DNA from: Candidatus Latescibacterota bacterium
GTDB lineage: Bacteria > Latescibacterota > UBA2968 > UBA8231
Direction of reading: 5' to 3'
Assembly: GCA_965197905.1 (NCBI GenBank)
Contig: CBDAOB010000005.1
Span: forward strand, 352,001 to 416,000
DNA: 64,000 bases
A model generated the notes under the pieces. It was not told the DNA's origin and did no database searches. It worked only from the letters and a program-made list of their open reading frames with translations. Made by a program: the position numbers and the translations under genes. Shown piece by piece: positions 19,648 to 29,795 of the stretch (within the stretch, counting starts at the first letter, position 1; each line of letters begins with the position of its first letter).

Positions 19648-20997
19648 TTATGACGGTTCTCCGCTCGGCCACGGAAACCGCACGACGAACGCAGTGCCTT
19701 CCGTCGAGTCCAAGTCCAGAGTTCCGTGCAATTGCCGGCTCAGGCTGTTCACCAGCTGAAGGCCGAGAGACGTCGGGTTTTTTACATCGATTCCGCTCAC
19801 AACCCCCGCACCGTCGTCAGCAACCCGAAGTTCGCATTCACCTGCCAGCGACTTCATGCTGACTCGTATCGTGCCACCTCCCGGGCCGAAAGCGTGTTTG
19901 AGAGCGTTCGTCACCAGTTCATTCACAATCAGGCCACACGCGATTGCTCCGTCGATGTCGAAGTCGATACTGTCGATTTCCGTATGGAGCTCGATGTGTC
20001 GATCTGCCCGAGCTAAAGAAGTGCGCAGATTGTCACACAAGTCGCCCAGATAGTCTGCTACGTTGGGGTGAGCCATGTTCTCGGATTGGTAGAGCCGTTC
20101 GTGGACGAGCGCGATCGCGCGGATCCGGTTGTGACTCTCCGCCAGGATCGGAGTCAACTCGGGAGTCTGCACGTGCGAGCTCTGCAGGCTGATCAAGCTG
20201 GAGACCACCTGAAGGTTGTTCTTCACCCGATGGTGGACCTCCTTCAGGAGTACGTCCTTCTCGCTTAGAGACGAGCGCAGTGCCGCATCGCCATCCTCGA
20301 TGCGAGCCAACATTCCGTTGAAGCCATCGACGAGCCTGCCCAGTTCATCGTTGCCGAATTTGGTCGCCCGCAGTCCGTACTGCTGCTCACCAGAAACCCT
20401 GTTCGTCGTCTCCAGCAGACCAAGGATCGGCCTGGTTACGATACGCCGCAGCCGCGCTGCTAGAAGGAAGGCCAGCAGACCCGCGCCGATCGCGAAAACC
20501 ACGACAATGCGGAGGTAACGGTACAGCCGTGCGTCAAGCTCCTGCAGATCGCTTCTCAGGTAGACGGTACCGATCTGACTGCCTTCGAGGACGATCGGTT
20601 CGGTTATTTCCATAAAGTCGTCGCCGAACCGATAGCCTACTGGCGGCGGCTCGGACAGTAGGTTCGCCGATTCCACGCGGCCATAGGTGGCCAGGGGCAA
20701 GCCGTCTGTCTTGAAGATTGCCGCGGAGCCGATCTGCGCCTCGGACCGCAGAGAGGAGAGTACATCCTCGGCGTCATCCCGGTTGTCGAACATGAGGGCG
20801 GCGCTGGAGTTCGCCCCGACAATCTCGGCGATGGCCTTGAGCCGCTGAATGAGGGCCTCTCTGGAGCTAATCCGGTCGTAAGCGATGAACGCGGTGGAGC
20901 TGAAAAGGATAACCATGCCCGCCGTGCCCATGATGATCAGCGTGAGCTTGCGCTGGAGCGACAGATCGCGGATGCCCGACAACATCATTCCGGTCAT
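19648..20997 (-). CDS. Sensor histidine kinase (CHASE8-like periplasmic domain, HAMP, HisKA_2, HATPase)
   Basis: Two TM segments, AALMFDN sensor motif, [40 protein letters not shown] overlap with the upstream gene. Confidence 0.9.
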   Translation of the reverse strand: MTGMMLSGIRDLSLQRKLTLIIMGTAGMVILFSSTAFIAYDRISSREALIQRLKAIAEIVGANSSAALMFDNRDDAEDVLSSLRSEAQIGSAAIFKTDGLPLATYGRVESANLLSEPPPVGYRFGDDFMEITEPIVLEGSQIGTVYLRSDLQELDARLYRYLRIVVVFAIGAGLLAFLLAARLRRIVTRPILGLLETTNRVSGEQQYGLRATKFGNDELGRLVDGFNGMLARIEDGDAALRSSLSEKDVLLKEVHHRVKNNLQVVSSLISLQSSHVQTPELTPILAESHNRIRAIALVHERLYQSENMAHPNVADYLGDLCDNLRTSLARADRHIELHTEIDSIDFDIDGAIACGLIVNELVTNALKHAFGPGGGTIRVSMKSLAGECELRVADDGAGVVSGIDVKNPTSLGLQLVNSLSRQLHGTLDLDSTEGTAFVVRFPWPSGEPS

Positions 20998-21335
20998 GAA
21001 TCCCAATACTGCTCGTCGTAGCCAAGCTGCTCGAGGGCGGCGCGTTGTGCGTCCGTCAAGTCGCTCCAGGCGTTGTTCTCGGAATCCGGTGCCTCCGTTT
21101 CGCCTTGCCAGCTGGCCTCATCCCAACCCAGCGTTTCCCACAGAGCTTGCTCATCCGCGGTGAGGTCTGCCCAGTCGTACTGGTCCCAGAAGCTGTTCAC
21201 GTCCCCTTCGGGCTGGCGTACGGCGGATGTGTCTGGCGAGGTGCCGGAGTCACCACAGCCGATCAGCAGTAGCGCACTGCAGATCAGGACTACGGTTAGG
21301 CGCACTGTATTCAGGGACGTCGATCTCTTTCCCAT
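20994..21335 (-). CDS. Small lipoprotein with two Trp-rich acidic repeats
   Basis: Lipobox LLIG-C; repeats [22 protein letters not shown] and [30 protein letters not shown]. Confidence 0.75.
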   Translation of the reverse strand: MGKRSTSLNTVRLTVVLICSALLLIGCGDSGTSPDTSAVRQPEGDVNSFWDQYDWADLTADEQALWETLGWDEASWQGETEAPDSENNAWSDLTDAQRAALEQLGYDEQYWDS

Positions 21336-21355
21336 GATCCGTCCTTTCATGAATT

Positions 21356-21961
21356 TCAGTTGACGACTCTCGCCAGCCGCAACAAAAGTGACGACAAATG
21401 GCATCCCTCCGCCTTGGCGGCGCGATGATTGATAATGATCTGCGGCTTTTCACCTTCCATTCCAATGCCTATGCCAAGACCCGACACTACATACTCGGGC
21501 ACGCCGGTCAGGGTGATGGTCCGCGTGGCCCGAGTGGCAGAAGAGATGGTTTCAACCTCCATGGCTCGTAGTGGCGTGACGTAGAGGATGTCGATGCCGT
21601 TTGCTTCGATAGTGCTCGCCAGATCGGAGGAATCGCTGATGTCAATCTCCAGACAGCGGTAGCTGAATCTGCCCATCCGCTTTACCGATGATGCTGCCTT
21701 TATGACTGCGTTCTTCGCTGTGAGGGATTTCCGAAATCTTTGCTGAAATGCCACGCCGACGACGAGTTCGTCATTGGCCCGCGCTGACAAATCGCCATCA
21801 AACAGCAACACCTTGGAGAACAGGTTCCACTGAACGGCTACCGGAACAGGCATTTCCTGCGTCCAAGATGGCGACGCCGACGTCAGAACGAGAATGAGCA
21901 TCCAACCGAGGCTCTTCTCTCGGACGGAGCTAGAGGCCTGTGATCCTAAGGGAAGCGTCAC
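21356..21961 (-). CDS. YfiR/HmsC family periplasmic protein (DUF4154)
   Basis: Signal peptide; C-terminal IIINHRAAKAEG..LSSLLLRLARVV typical of the family. Confidence 0.8.
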   Translation of the reverse strand: MTLPLGSQASSSVREKSLGWMLILVLTSASPSWTQEMPVPVAVQWNLFSKVLLFDGDLSARANDELVVGVAFQQRFRKSLTAKNAVIKAASSVKRMGRFSYRCLEIDISDSSDLASTIEANGIDILYVTPLRAMEVETISSATRATRTITLTGVPEYVVSGLGIGIGMEGEKPQIIINHRAAKAEGCHLSSLLLRLARVVN

Positions 21962-22016
21962 TGACTCTTCCAGTCAGCCGAACTGATCGACATTTTTCGA
22001 CTCAGGGACGACCGGC

Positions 22017-23978
22017 TCATAACTCGAAAGCGATTCTGACGAGGTAGCTCCGCCCATCCTGAGTGATAGCGGCTTGCCGGTGGTCGAGTCCGCCTGGCGT
22101 TGAATAGGTGACGCCGAACAGATTCCCCACCGCGAACGACACTCTTAGAGGAGTAGGTTGAATACGTGTCGAAAGACGGATGTCGGTCAGAAGATACGGA
22201 TCGGTCTTGGTCCCGTAGACTGTGGTCCTGCCGGATTCATACTGCAGAGCTGAGGTCGCGGAGAAGGACCGCGACAAGGGATAGCTCAAGCCCCCCTTTG
22301 CGAGGTGTGAAGGAAAATTGTTCAGTTTCCTGTTCGACTCTGCATTCTCCGCGTGTTGTCGAGCATAGCTGACGTACCCGTGGAGCCCGCTCTGCTGCCG
22401 TACGGTGAGACCCAGCTCAACGCCGCGGGCATCGATCTTGCCGCTATTCTCGTACTGACCGATTCCATCGCTCGGATCCAATGCCCAATCGATCAGATCC
22501 GTCAATCTGTTGTTGTAGAGGACAACGGTGCCGAACATGCTACCGTTCAGTTTCTGCTCCCAGATGGCCTCCAGAGTTCTAATCTCTTCCGGTCCAAGAT
22601 CGCGATTGCGTCTGGCGTAACCTTCTTCTTCGTAGGTGGATTCGTACACGTTGGGCGCCCGAAAAGCCTTGCCGGATAGAAGCTTCAAGGTGCTGGACTC
22701 GGAAAGGTGATACACCAGGGCGATTCTCGGATTGACACTGCTGCCCACCGTTGAATACCCATCCCTTCGGGCGCCCAAGGTGAGAGCCAGTCGATCCGTG
22801 ATCTGGTATTCATCCTGCACGTAGAAGGAGAGCAGGTGATAGGGGGCACTGCCTTCGACGTAGACCCCGTACTCCTCCTCCGTTACCCAGTACTTGGCGC
22901 GAAAGTGTTCCTGGTATTCGACCCCGACGATCAGACGGTTGTACGCGTGAGTATCCCAGCGATACCTGAGCTCGTTTCCCAGCCAATTCCCGCGAGCATC
23001 CTCTGCTTCCAGGACCCCATCGTAGGGATACCAACCCGTGCCATCATAGTGGTTGAAGTAAGTCCGTAGCATCAGCATCCGATCGGCCCGGAAGTCGCGT
23101 TCGTATCTGAGTTCGACTAGACCCAGCTCATCGACAGTCCTGGACCGGCCGTCGTTAAAATCGATGCCGTAGACACCCGTAGGAATTTCCTTCTCCCGCG
23201 AAGAGAAATGGCCATGCAGATCGAAGCGCCCGTAGGTGATTCTGGCCGTTACCCCGTAGTGCTCATCGCGGTCCAGGTCCCGGGCGATGCCGTTGTTGGT
23301 CTCCGGACGGTCGAACTCCCGATAGTAGTGGTCCTGGCCATCGGTCTCCGACCACTGGCCGGCAAGAGCGAGATCCATTCCGTTGGCAAGGGACTTGCCG
23401 AACATGGCTTTCCCGGTTCGCGACCCGAAGCTGCCGACCTCGACAGCCCCGCGAACACCGTCGACGGCATTGCCGGTCTTGGTGATGACATTCACGACGG
23501 CGAACAAAGCACTGGATCCGTAGAGCGCCGAACCCGGCCCCCGCACGATCTCGATCCGCTCGACAGCATCCAGATTCAACCCCAGAGTTGGCCCGATGCT
23601 TGCGGAGGCCCAGACATTCTCGTTGAGAGTGGTCCCATTCAGCAGGAGTAGCACCCGGTTGTTGTAGTCCGTGGGCCGGCTCAATTCGCGGATCCCCACG
23701 TAGGCGTAGTTGCGATCGTCGCTTACGTAGAACCCGCGGACACTGGCAAAGATGTCTTTCAGAGTGCGATATCCGAAACGTTCAATATCCTCTGCCGTGA
23801 TGATAGTGATCGACGCGCCGGCTTCACGGCTTGTCTGCTCGTACTTGGCGTCGGTGCTAATTCGAGTGTTGAGCAGGTTCTTCAGCGCTAGAGCTGGATC
23901 TCCATCCTGGGCACAGGCGCCCCAAGGCACCAGGCCGAGGCTCGAGGAGAAAAGAAGTAGGAGGTATCGGTGTGTCAT
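22017..23978 (-). CDS. TonB-dependent receptor
   Basis: Plug motifs IITAEDI and IEIVRGPGSALYG; FRAPN; NLF..Y; C-terminal aromatic strand. Confidence 0.9.
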   Translation of the reverse strand: MTHRYLLLLFSSSLGLVPWGACAQDGDPALALKNLLNTRISTDAKYEQTSREAGASITIITAEDIERFGYRTLKDIFASVRGFYVSDDRNYAYVGIRELSRPTDYNNRVLLLLNGTTLNENVWASASIGPTLGLNLDAVERIEIVRGPGSALYGSSALFAVVNVITKTGNAVDGVRGAVEVGSFGSRTGKAMFGKSLANGMDLALAGQWSETDGQDHYYREFDRPETNNGIARDLDRDEHYGVTARITYGRFDLHGHFSSREKEIPTGVYGIDFNDGRSRTVDELGLVELRYERDFRADRMLMLRTYFNHYDGTGWYPYDGVLEAEDARGNWLGNELRYRWDTHAYNRLIVGVEYQEHFRAKYWVTEEEYGVYVEGSAPYHLLSFYVQDEYQITDRLALTLGARRDGYSTVGSSVNPRIALVYHLSESSTLKLLSGKAFRAPNVYESTYEEEGYARRNRDLGPEEIRTLEAIWEQKLNGSMFGTVVLYNNRLTDLIDWALDPSDGIGQYENSGKIDARGVELGLTVRQQSGLHGYVSYARQHAENAESNRKLNNFPSHLAKGGLSYPLSRSFSATSALQYESGRTTVYGTKTDPYLLTDIRLSTRIQPTPLRVSFAVGNLFGVTYSTPGGLDHRQAAITQDGRSYLVRIAFEL

Positions 23979-24152
23979 AGCGCTTGTACGGGAGGATAAA
24001 CGGCCTTCGCGCTGGCTGAGTCAAGAATTCTAGGCGGCGTTTCCCCGAGATTTGTTCAGATTCACGGTTACGTCTTTCTTCGGTGTAGACGTCAATAGGG
24101 AACATCTGGTGAAAGGAACAAACGTTGGCTAGACTCCTCCAAAAGAGGAATC

Positions 24153-25760
24153 TTGCAAAAACAGGGCGATGGTTTCCGTCGTTTCTCCCACTGCATCGAG
24201 GGAAAATTGGTGAGCACCTTCCGGGAATGCCATCATCATAGTCTCAAGCTTCGCCAGGAGATGGATAGCTGGATCCACCAGAGTCGGCGCATGGATCCTC
24301 CCAGCCGGCACGGCGGCGGGGAAGACGAAGCTAATTATGTGCTGGCCTGGTTTCCCCACTACCTCGTCACACAAAGTGAAGCGGTTCGTGAGCATTTTTT
24401 CGATCTTCGTGATCTGCTGAGTGGATGGATTGAGCGAGAATGTCACCATGGATACGAGACTGAAGCGGAGGTCCATCACGGCACGGAGCCGTTTCTTCTG
24501 TTTCTTCCTCGGTTTCTCGGGCTCTTTCCTGACGATAACAAGGCAAGCTGGTTGCTCGAGGATGCCGCCCACCACATCGGGAACTGGATTGAAGGGGTCC
24601 CCGCCTGGTTCGACTGGGAGGCAAATCATTTCATTGGGTACCGGATCGGCTCAGTAGATGTAGAGAATTCAGAGAAGACACGGGTGGAGCTAGCCGAGCA
24701 TTTTCGGTTCATCCATATCGCGCTGGCCGCTCACCGTGTGACGGGCGAAGAACGATATCTGGATTGGGCCGTCGGCTATGGAAGAAAGCGTGCTCAACAG
24801 ATTTGCCATAACGAAGGGGATCGTCTTCCCGTGATGTGGGACCACGCCGGGAAGCCCATTTTTGAGGAGACGCTGTCTCGTCTTCAAGGTGGGATGGCAG
24901 CACAGAAACATCACGTCCAGGGCGATCCACTGGCTGGCGTGGAAGTACTGCTTGCGAGCGGGGCGATCTACGCGCTCGGCGATCTGTATCAGGCGACGGG
25001 CGAGTCGGTTTTCTCCGCCGCAGCCAAGCGAATCGCGGAACCCATGGTGGACCAGCTGTTGGATCCCTACAGTGATCCAGGCGCCGCAGCTATTTCATAC
25101 TACCGCTGGACGTTCGGCGATTCGTCGCTAGATACCCTCATCGAGAACCAGATTCGCAACATGCCCGCCGAAGAAGATGGGGAGTTGACAATCATGTTTC
25201 CCGAACACCAACGGCGTGTCTTGCCGGGCGTGGGGAAGCGGCGGGATATGGCCTTCTGGGGAGTCTGGCTGCCGGACGGATCGTCGAAGCCGTCTCAGGA
25301 GCCATCGACATCCGCCCTTACCCTGGCTTATCAGATGAGTGGGGAGGTCGACTTTGCGCGGCGCGCCTTTAAGCAAGCTGAGCGAAAACTCACGATGTCC
25401 CGTCGCGTCCTGAGAGGGGGTCGTGAGCACGCCGATATGGGTGGGGCGATCTGCTCCGCAGCAGCGGGACACGGTAGGAACTGGGGGTGGGGGGCAGTCA
25501 CCGGCTGCTACGGACCCCTGATGCTCGGTACTCGTGAGATCGAAAGCGCTGTCGTACCCATGGTCAATATCGAATCCGACGGTAGAATGACAATCCCCGA
25601 CGACATTCTAACCCTGGTTCGACCGAACTTGGACGGGGGGGCAATTGTGACCGTTTACAACGGAGGAGACACCATGCACAAGTTGACGCTTCACGCCCCA
25701 TCCCCTCTCTCAATTGAAATTGGTCCCGGTGAAACTGTAAATTTGAAGGCAGGTGAGTGA
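24153..25760 (+). CDS. Hypothetical protein, possibly a helical-toroid enzyme
   Basis: 535-aa ORF overlapping the downstream reductase start; true start possibly GTG near 24210. Confidence 0.65.
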   Translation: MQKQGDGFRRFSHCIEGKLVSTFRECHHHSLKLRQEMDSWIHQSRRMDPPSRHGGGEDEANYVLAWFPHYLVTQSEAVREHFFDLRDLLSGWIERECHHGYETEAEVHHGTEPFLLFLPRFLGLFPDDNKASWLLEDAAHHIGNWIEGVPAWFDWEANHFIGYRIGSVDVENSEKTRVELAEHFRFIHIALAAHRVTGEERYLDWAVGYGRKRAQQICHNEGDRLPVMWDHAGKPIFEETLSRLQGGMAAQKHHVQGDPLAGVEVLLASGAIYALGDLYQATGESVFSAAAKRIAEPMVDQLLDPYSDPGAAAISYYRWTFGDSSLDTLIENQIRNMPAEEDGELTIMFPEHQRRVLPGVGKRRDMAFWGVWLPDGSSKPSQEPSTSALTLAYQMSGEVDFARRAFKQAERKLTMSRRVLRGGREHADMGGAICSAAAGHGRNWGWGAVTGCYGPLMLGTREIESAVVPMVNIESDGRMTIPDDILTLVRPNLDGGAIVTVYNGGDTMHKLTLHAPSPLSIEIGPGETVNLKAGE

Positions 25761-26742
25761 TATGAACTATCGACCGTTTGGGAACACAGGCTTGGAGGTT
25801 TCAGAGATTGGGCTGGGTGCCTATCCGATGTCGGGCATGCAGAAGCGGGAAGACGGCTCCATGTTCGGGTGGAGCGGAACCTCAGACGTCGAATCGATTT
25901 CGATGATTCATCGTGCTGAGGAGCTGGGTGTCAACCTGATCGATTCTGCGGAACGTTATGGGACAGGCCATAGTGAAATCCTGGTTGGAACGGCGCTCCG
26001 AGGTCGGCGCGACAAATGGATCGTAGCGACGAAGGTGGCGCCGAATATCGGCGTGGAACGAGATGTGCCGGACGAAGCAGCGGCAAGGAAGCTGATTCGT
26101 GAGGCTTGCGAAGGGAGCCTGAAACGGTTGGGGATGGAGACGATTGATCTGTATCAACTCCATTCAGTTCCGCACGAATGGGCAATGCCGACCGTGATGG
26201 CGGAGCTTGCCAAGCTCAAGGAAGAGGGCAAGGTAAGTTTCTACGGGATTTCGACGAACAACCAGGCAGCGATTGAGAAGTTGCGTGCGTTCGGGCCCAT
26301 CGACGTCCTACAGATTGGTTACAATTTGCTCGAACGGAGCGCGGACGCCCTACTGCACTGGGCGAAGCAGGAGAATATCGGCACGCTTATCCGCGTCCCA
26401 TTGGCAAAAGGCATGCTCACAGGTAAATACTTCGGGGAAAACGCGGAGAAGTTGCCCGAAGGCGACTTGCGCCAGGAGCGTTTTCTACAGCCGGAGGTAC
26501 AGGAGGGCTTCAAGAAATTGCCGCAGCTCGCGTTTCTGGCGAACGAACAACGGTCAATGGTTCAGGCGGCGTTGCGATTTGTGCTCGATCATCCTGGCGT
26601 ATCCTGCGCGATCGCCGGAGCCAAGAATCCTGATCAGGTCGATCAGAATGTGAAGGCGTCTGAGATTCCTCCGTTAACCGATGAAGAACTAGATATCGCG
26701 CTGCCGATTGCGGATTCGATTGGGACGCCTGGATGGACATGA
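25753..26742 (+). CDS. Aldo/keto reductase
   Basis: SEIGLG, DSAERYG.G.SE, ATK, IDLYQLH and PLAKGMLTGKY motifs. Confidence 0.92.
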   Translation: MSDMNYRPFGNTGLEVSEIGLGAYPMSGMQKREDGSMFGWSGTSDVESISMIHRAEELGVNLIDSAERYGTGHSEILVGTALRGRRDKWIVATKVAPNIGVERDVPDEAAARKLIREACEGSLKRLGMETIDLYQLHSVPHEWAMPTVMAELAKLKEEGKVSFYGISTNNQAAIEKLRAFGPIDVLQIGYNLLERSADALLHWAKQENIGTLIRVPLAKGMLTGKYFGENAEKLPEGDLRQERFLQPEVQEGFKKLPQLAFLANEQRSMVQAALRFVLDHPGVSCAIAGAKNPDQVDQNVKASEIPPLTDEELDIALPIADSIGTPGWT

Positions 26743-26748
26743 TAAACG

Positions 26749-26783
26749 GAACGGCGAGCGTGACCGGACGAACGGCGAGCGTG
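26749..26783. repeat. 14-bp direct repeat GAACGGCGAGCGTG, two copies
   Basis: Copies at 26749-26762 and 26770-26783 in a convergent intergenic gap. Confidence 0.7.
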
Positions 26784-26808
26784 TTCATTGAATTCGCCTA
26801 CCGCGGCG

Positions 26809-27855
26809 TCAGCGACGCCTGGATCTGAAGTGGCGTCGGATCTGGGTTTGAGTTGCCGTCCCCGTGGTACCTAACTGACGCACGGTGATCGCCGCTGCAA
26901 TTGCAGCGATGGCTGCCGCCTCTTCGAGATTTGCGCCCCCTGCCATAGCCGCGACCAACGCAGCCGAAGTCGCGTCGCCGGCACCCACGGCATCGATGGG
27001 GCCCTTCACACTGCGGGCTGGGATGTGCTCGAGACGGTCATCGTCGGCGATCAGGATGCCGTGCTCCCCTAGCGTCAGAAAAACCGGTCGTCCGGTAAGG
27101 CGGCTGAGTCTGCTAGCGTGGGTCCGCGAGGCGCGCATTGAGATTCTCTTGCCGCTAGCACCCATAGCCTGCGCCGCTTCGAACTCGTTCGGTTTGATCA
27201 TCACGTGTCGAAATAGCTGGACTCGCGTTCGGGAATCCGCCAGTGCTACCAGCTCCGGACGCCCACGCGACAGGGCAAGAAGTGCCTTCCGCACTCGGCT
27301 CGTCATCACCCCGCAATTCGCCTCCTGGACCTGATCGAGCATGAGCATCCCGTTCCACGATGCGCAGCGTTGCCTGACAAAGGTGATGATACGTTGCTGC
27401 AGGGAAACGGGAGTGGCCCGGCGGTTCTTGAGGTCGATGCGCTCCAATTCCTGCGAGACCATCTTTCGGCTGTTGGCCGGATCCACGTAGCAAGGTTTGC
27501 CATAGGTGGGAGTGAATCGATCGGGACAGGTGAAAAAACCGGACAGATCCAGACCAATCTCCGTCATCGCGCGGCGTAGCTCGTATCCCTCGCCATCGTC
27601 GCCACAGAAACCGACGGCCTCGACTGCACCCACCCCCAGTGCCTTGAGGTTGGCTGCCACCGTGCCAGCGGCGCCAGCCTGGCGTCGGGTCCGTATCACC
27701 TGGTAGCACTTCTTTCCGGTTTCCAGCGAGCGCTCGTCGAGGTCTGGATTGCAGTCGAAGTAGGAATCGAGGAAGAAGTCTCCGACGACGCCAACCCGGA
27801 GACTGGAAAACCTGCCCAAGATCTGTCGCAATCGTTTTTCGTTGAGCGTGTTCAT
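26809..27855 (-). CDS. PfkB family carbohydrate kinase (RfaE/HldE-kinase-like)
   Basis: VGDFFLD, GAAGTVA.NL, KPNEFE and DAVGAGD motifs. Confidence 0.88.
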   Translation of the reverse strand: MNTLNEKRLRQILGRFSSLRVGVVGDFFLDSYFDCNPDLDERSLETGKKCYQVIRTRRQAGAAGTVAANLKALGVGAVEAVGFCGDDGEGYELRRAMTEIGLDLSGFFTCPDRFTPTYGKPCYVDPANSRKMVSQELERIDLKNRRATPVSLQQRIITFVRQRCASWNGMLMLDQVQEANCGVMTSRVRKALLALSRGRPELVALADSRTRVQLFRHVMIKPNEFEAAQAMGASGKRISMRASRTHASRLSRLTGRPVFLTLGEHGILIADDDRLEHIPARSVKGPIDAVGAGDATSAALVAAMAGGANLEEAAAIAAIAAAITVRQLGTTGTATQTQIRRHFRSRRR

Positions 27856-28703
27856 TGCGAACCGTCCCTAAAGAGGTAAGTGAGCAGCTCATCCGCCTCA
27901 CGCCAATCCGGGACGAGTATCTGGGCGCCTACTTCCAGCAAGCGAGCGCGCTTCCAGTCGTCCCAGCCCCCCTCAGCGGTTTCTATGCTGGCAATGCCGA
28001 CGGTTACGGCGCCAACTTCTACGCCGTTTTCGATTTCCACATAACCATCGCCTACGACGACAAGCTCACTTCCGTTCAATTGAGTCTCCGCGATAATGCG
28101 GCCAATCAATTTCTTCTTCGAGAAGGCCCAGTATTCCTCTCGGGCACCGTGTATGCCGCCCTCAAAATAGGAAGCCAGCCCCAACAGGGCAGCCTCCTCC
28201 TCCACAAAGGGTTGGTCGGTGCCGCTTGCAAGGTAGCAGGTGATGCCGCGGTCGCGAAGTCCGCACAACAGATCGTAGCTCCCGGGGACGAGATAGTCAG
28301 AAGGTAATCCACGTCGTGCCCGCAAATCCTCCAGCCGGTGCGCGATTTTTTCGTGCAGGCGGTTCAGGTAGTCCGCTTTGTATTCCTCGGCAGACAAAGG
28401 GGTTCCGCCGCGTGCCTGGACTTCCCGACGGAGGTGTAGCATCTGATAGATCGTCTGCTGCCCGGTGAGACGGGCAATGAACTCGTCGCAGACCTGTCTC
28501 AATTCATTGACATCATGCCCGCCAGGTGTCATACCAAGGATTTCTACGCACTGGTCCATCATGACTTCCTGCCATCCCGCGCGGATCAGCGAAAAAGTGC
28601 CATCGAAGTCGAAGACAGCGACCTGCGGACATGCCTCTTCTGCTTCGGCACTGTAGATCTCGATATCTTTGCCGAGGCGCAGAACGGGCGTGCGATCCAA
28701 CAT
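27852..28703 (-). CDS. HAD family hydrolase
   Basis: DFDGT, ASGT and GDGYVE motifs; 4-bp overlap with the kinase gene. Confidence 0.88.
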   Translation of the reverse strand: MLDRTPVLRLGKDIEIYSAEAEEACPQVAVFDFDGTFSLIRAGWQEVMMDQCVEILGMTPGGHDVNELRQVCDEFIARLTGQQTIYQMLHLRREVQARGGTPLSAEEYKADYLNRLHEKIAHRLEDLRARRGLPSDYLVPGSYDLLCGLRDRGITCYLASGTDQPFVEEEAALLGLASYFEGGIHGAREEYWAFSKKKLIGRIIAETQLNGSELVVVGDGYVEIENGVEVGAVTVGIASIETAEGGWDDWKRARLLEVGAQILVPDWREADELLTYLFRDGSQ

Positions 28704-28944
28704 ACAAACGGTCCTCGTGTGGGATGATAGTGGACGAGCGTCGGCAAGTGTAACCGCCGCGCGCGGCCGCCGTCAAGAACCTGTGCGTTGGATAACCACG
28801 AACTCTTTCCCGCAGGGGGAGAAATGACGTTTTTGGGTGTCGCGAGCTACGACCTGCCGAGAAACAGGAAAACGCGGTGGCAATCAGAATGGGGAGCCGA
28901 ACAATTGTAGTGAACGCGCTTGATCTCATATCGCGTGTGGAGGT

Positions 28945-29745
28945 GTGCCCTTGAGAATGAGTTATGCGACGTTGCGATGGAAGAGTCCGGATCTGGAGCC
29001 GGCTCTCGAGGCGCTCAGGGAAGTGGGCTGGGACGGATGGGAAGGTCGGCTTCCGCTGGACTGGCTGGGACCGCCAAAGAGATTGCGACGTATCTGCGAC
29101 AACGCGGGCATGCCGATGGTCGTATATGCAGCGTCCGGTTCCCCGGACGATCCGAGCTGGGAGAACGTCGAGCAAAACAGGCGACGAATGGACTTCGCTG
29201 CCGAAATGGAAGTGGACTGCTTCATGGTTATGAACGGGCCCAAGCCGGATGGCATACCGGTTGCGGATGATGACGTTATACGGGCGGCTGAGCGAACCGA
29301 AGCGTGGGCGGAGTACGCCTCTCAGTACGAGCTGGTTTTGACCCACCACAACCACACGAATCTCCTGGTGGATTCCGTCGAGCACTGGAAGCTCTTTGCC
29401 AGCCTGTTGCGCGAGACGAAGCTGTGTATCGACTTCTCTCACGCGCAGCTTTGGGGCTACGATCCGGTCGAGTCGATCCATGACTTCCGCGATCAATTGC
29501 ACTACGTGCACCTGCAAGATTACTCTCGATGCACGCGCGATCAGCAAGGTGTGTATCATCCCACCTGGGTTGATGTGGGCTCAGCCGAAAGTCAGGATTT
29601 CCGCAAGATTCTTGAAGCCTTGGGCTCAATCGGTTTTTCCGGCTGGGTGACCAGCTGTCCCGCCGATGAGTGCCCGAGCGATCCAGCGGAGGAGGCGCGA
29701 GGAAGCCGAAGCGCGCGTAGCTATCTCCATAGTCTGGGTTTTTAG
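28945..29745 (+). CDS. Sugar phosphate isomerase/epimerase (xylose-isomerase-like TIM barrel, IolE-like)
   Basis: HHNH, DFSH, HLQD and GFSGW motifs. Confidence 0.8.
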   Translation: MPLRMSYATLRWKSPDLEPALEALREVGWDGWEGRLPLDWLGPPKRLRRICDNAGMPMVVYAASGSPDDPSWENVEQNRRRMDFAAEMEVDCFMVMNGPKPDGIPVADDDVIRAAERTEAWAEYASQYELVLTHHNHTNLLVDSVEHWKLFASLLRETKLCIDFSHAQLWGYDPVESIHDFRDQLHYVHLQDYSRCTRDQQGVYHPTWVDVGSAESQDFRKILEALGSIGFSGWVTSCPADECPSDPAEEARGSRSARSYLHSLGF

Positions 29746-29795
29746 CGACCGACGGACCCGATCTCAAAGAACTCAAGGCCCGCAAACCGGTGCCC

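Noticed and set aside
26749..26790. CRISPR-like repeat
   Set aside because: Only two 14-bp copies with a 7-bp gap, and no cas genes
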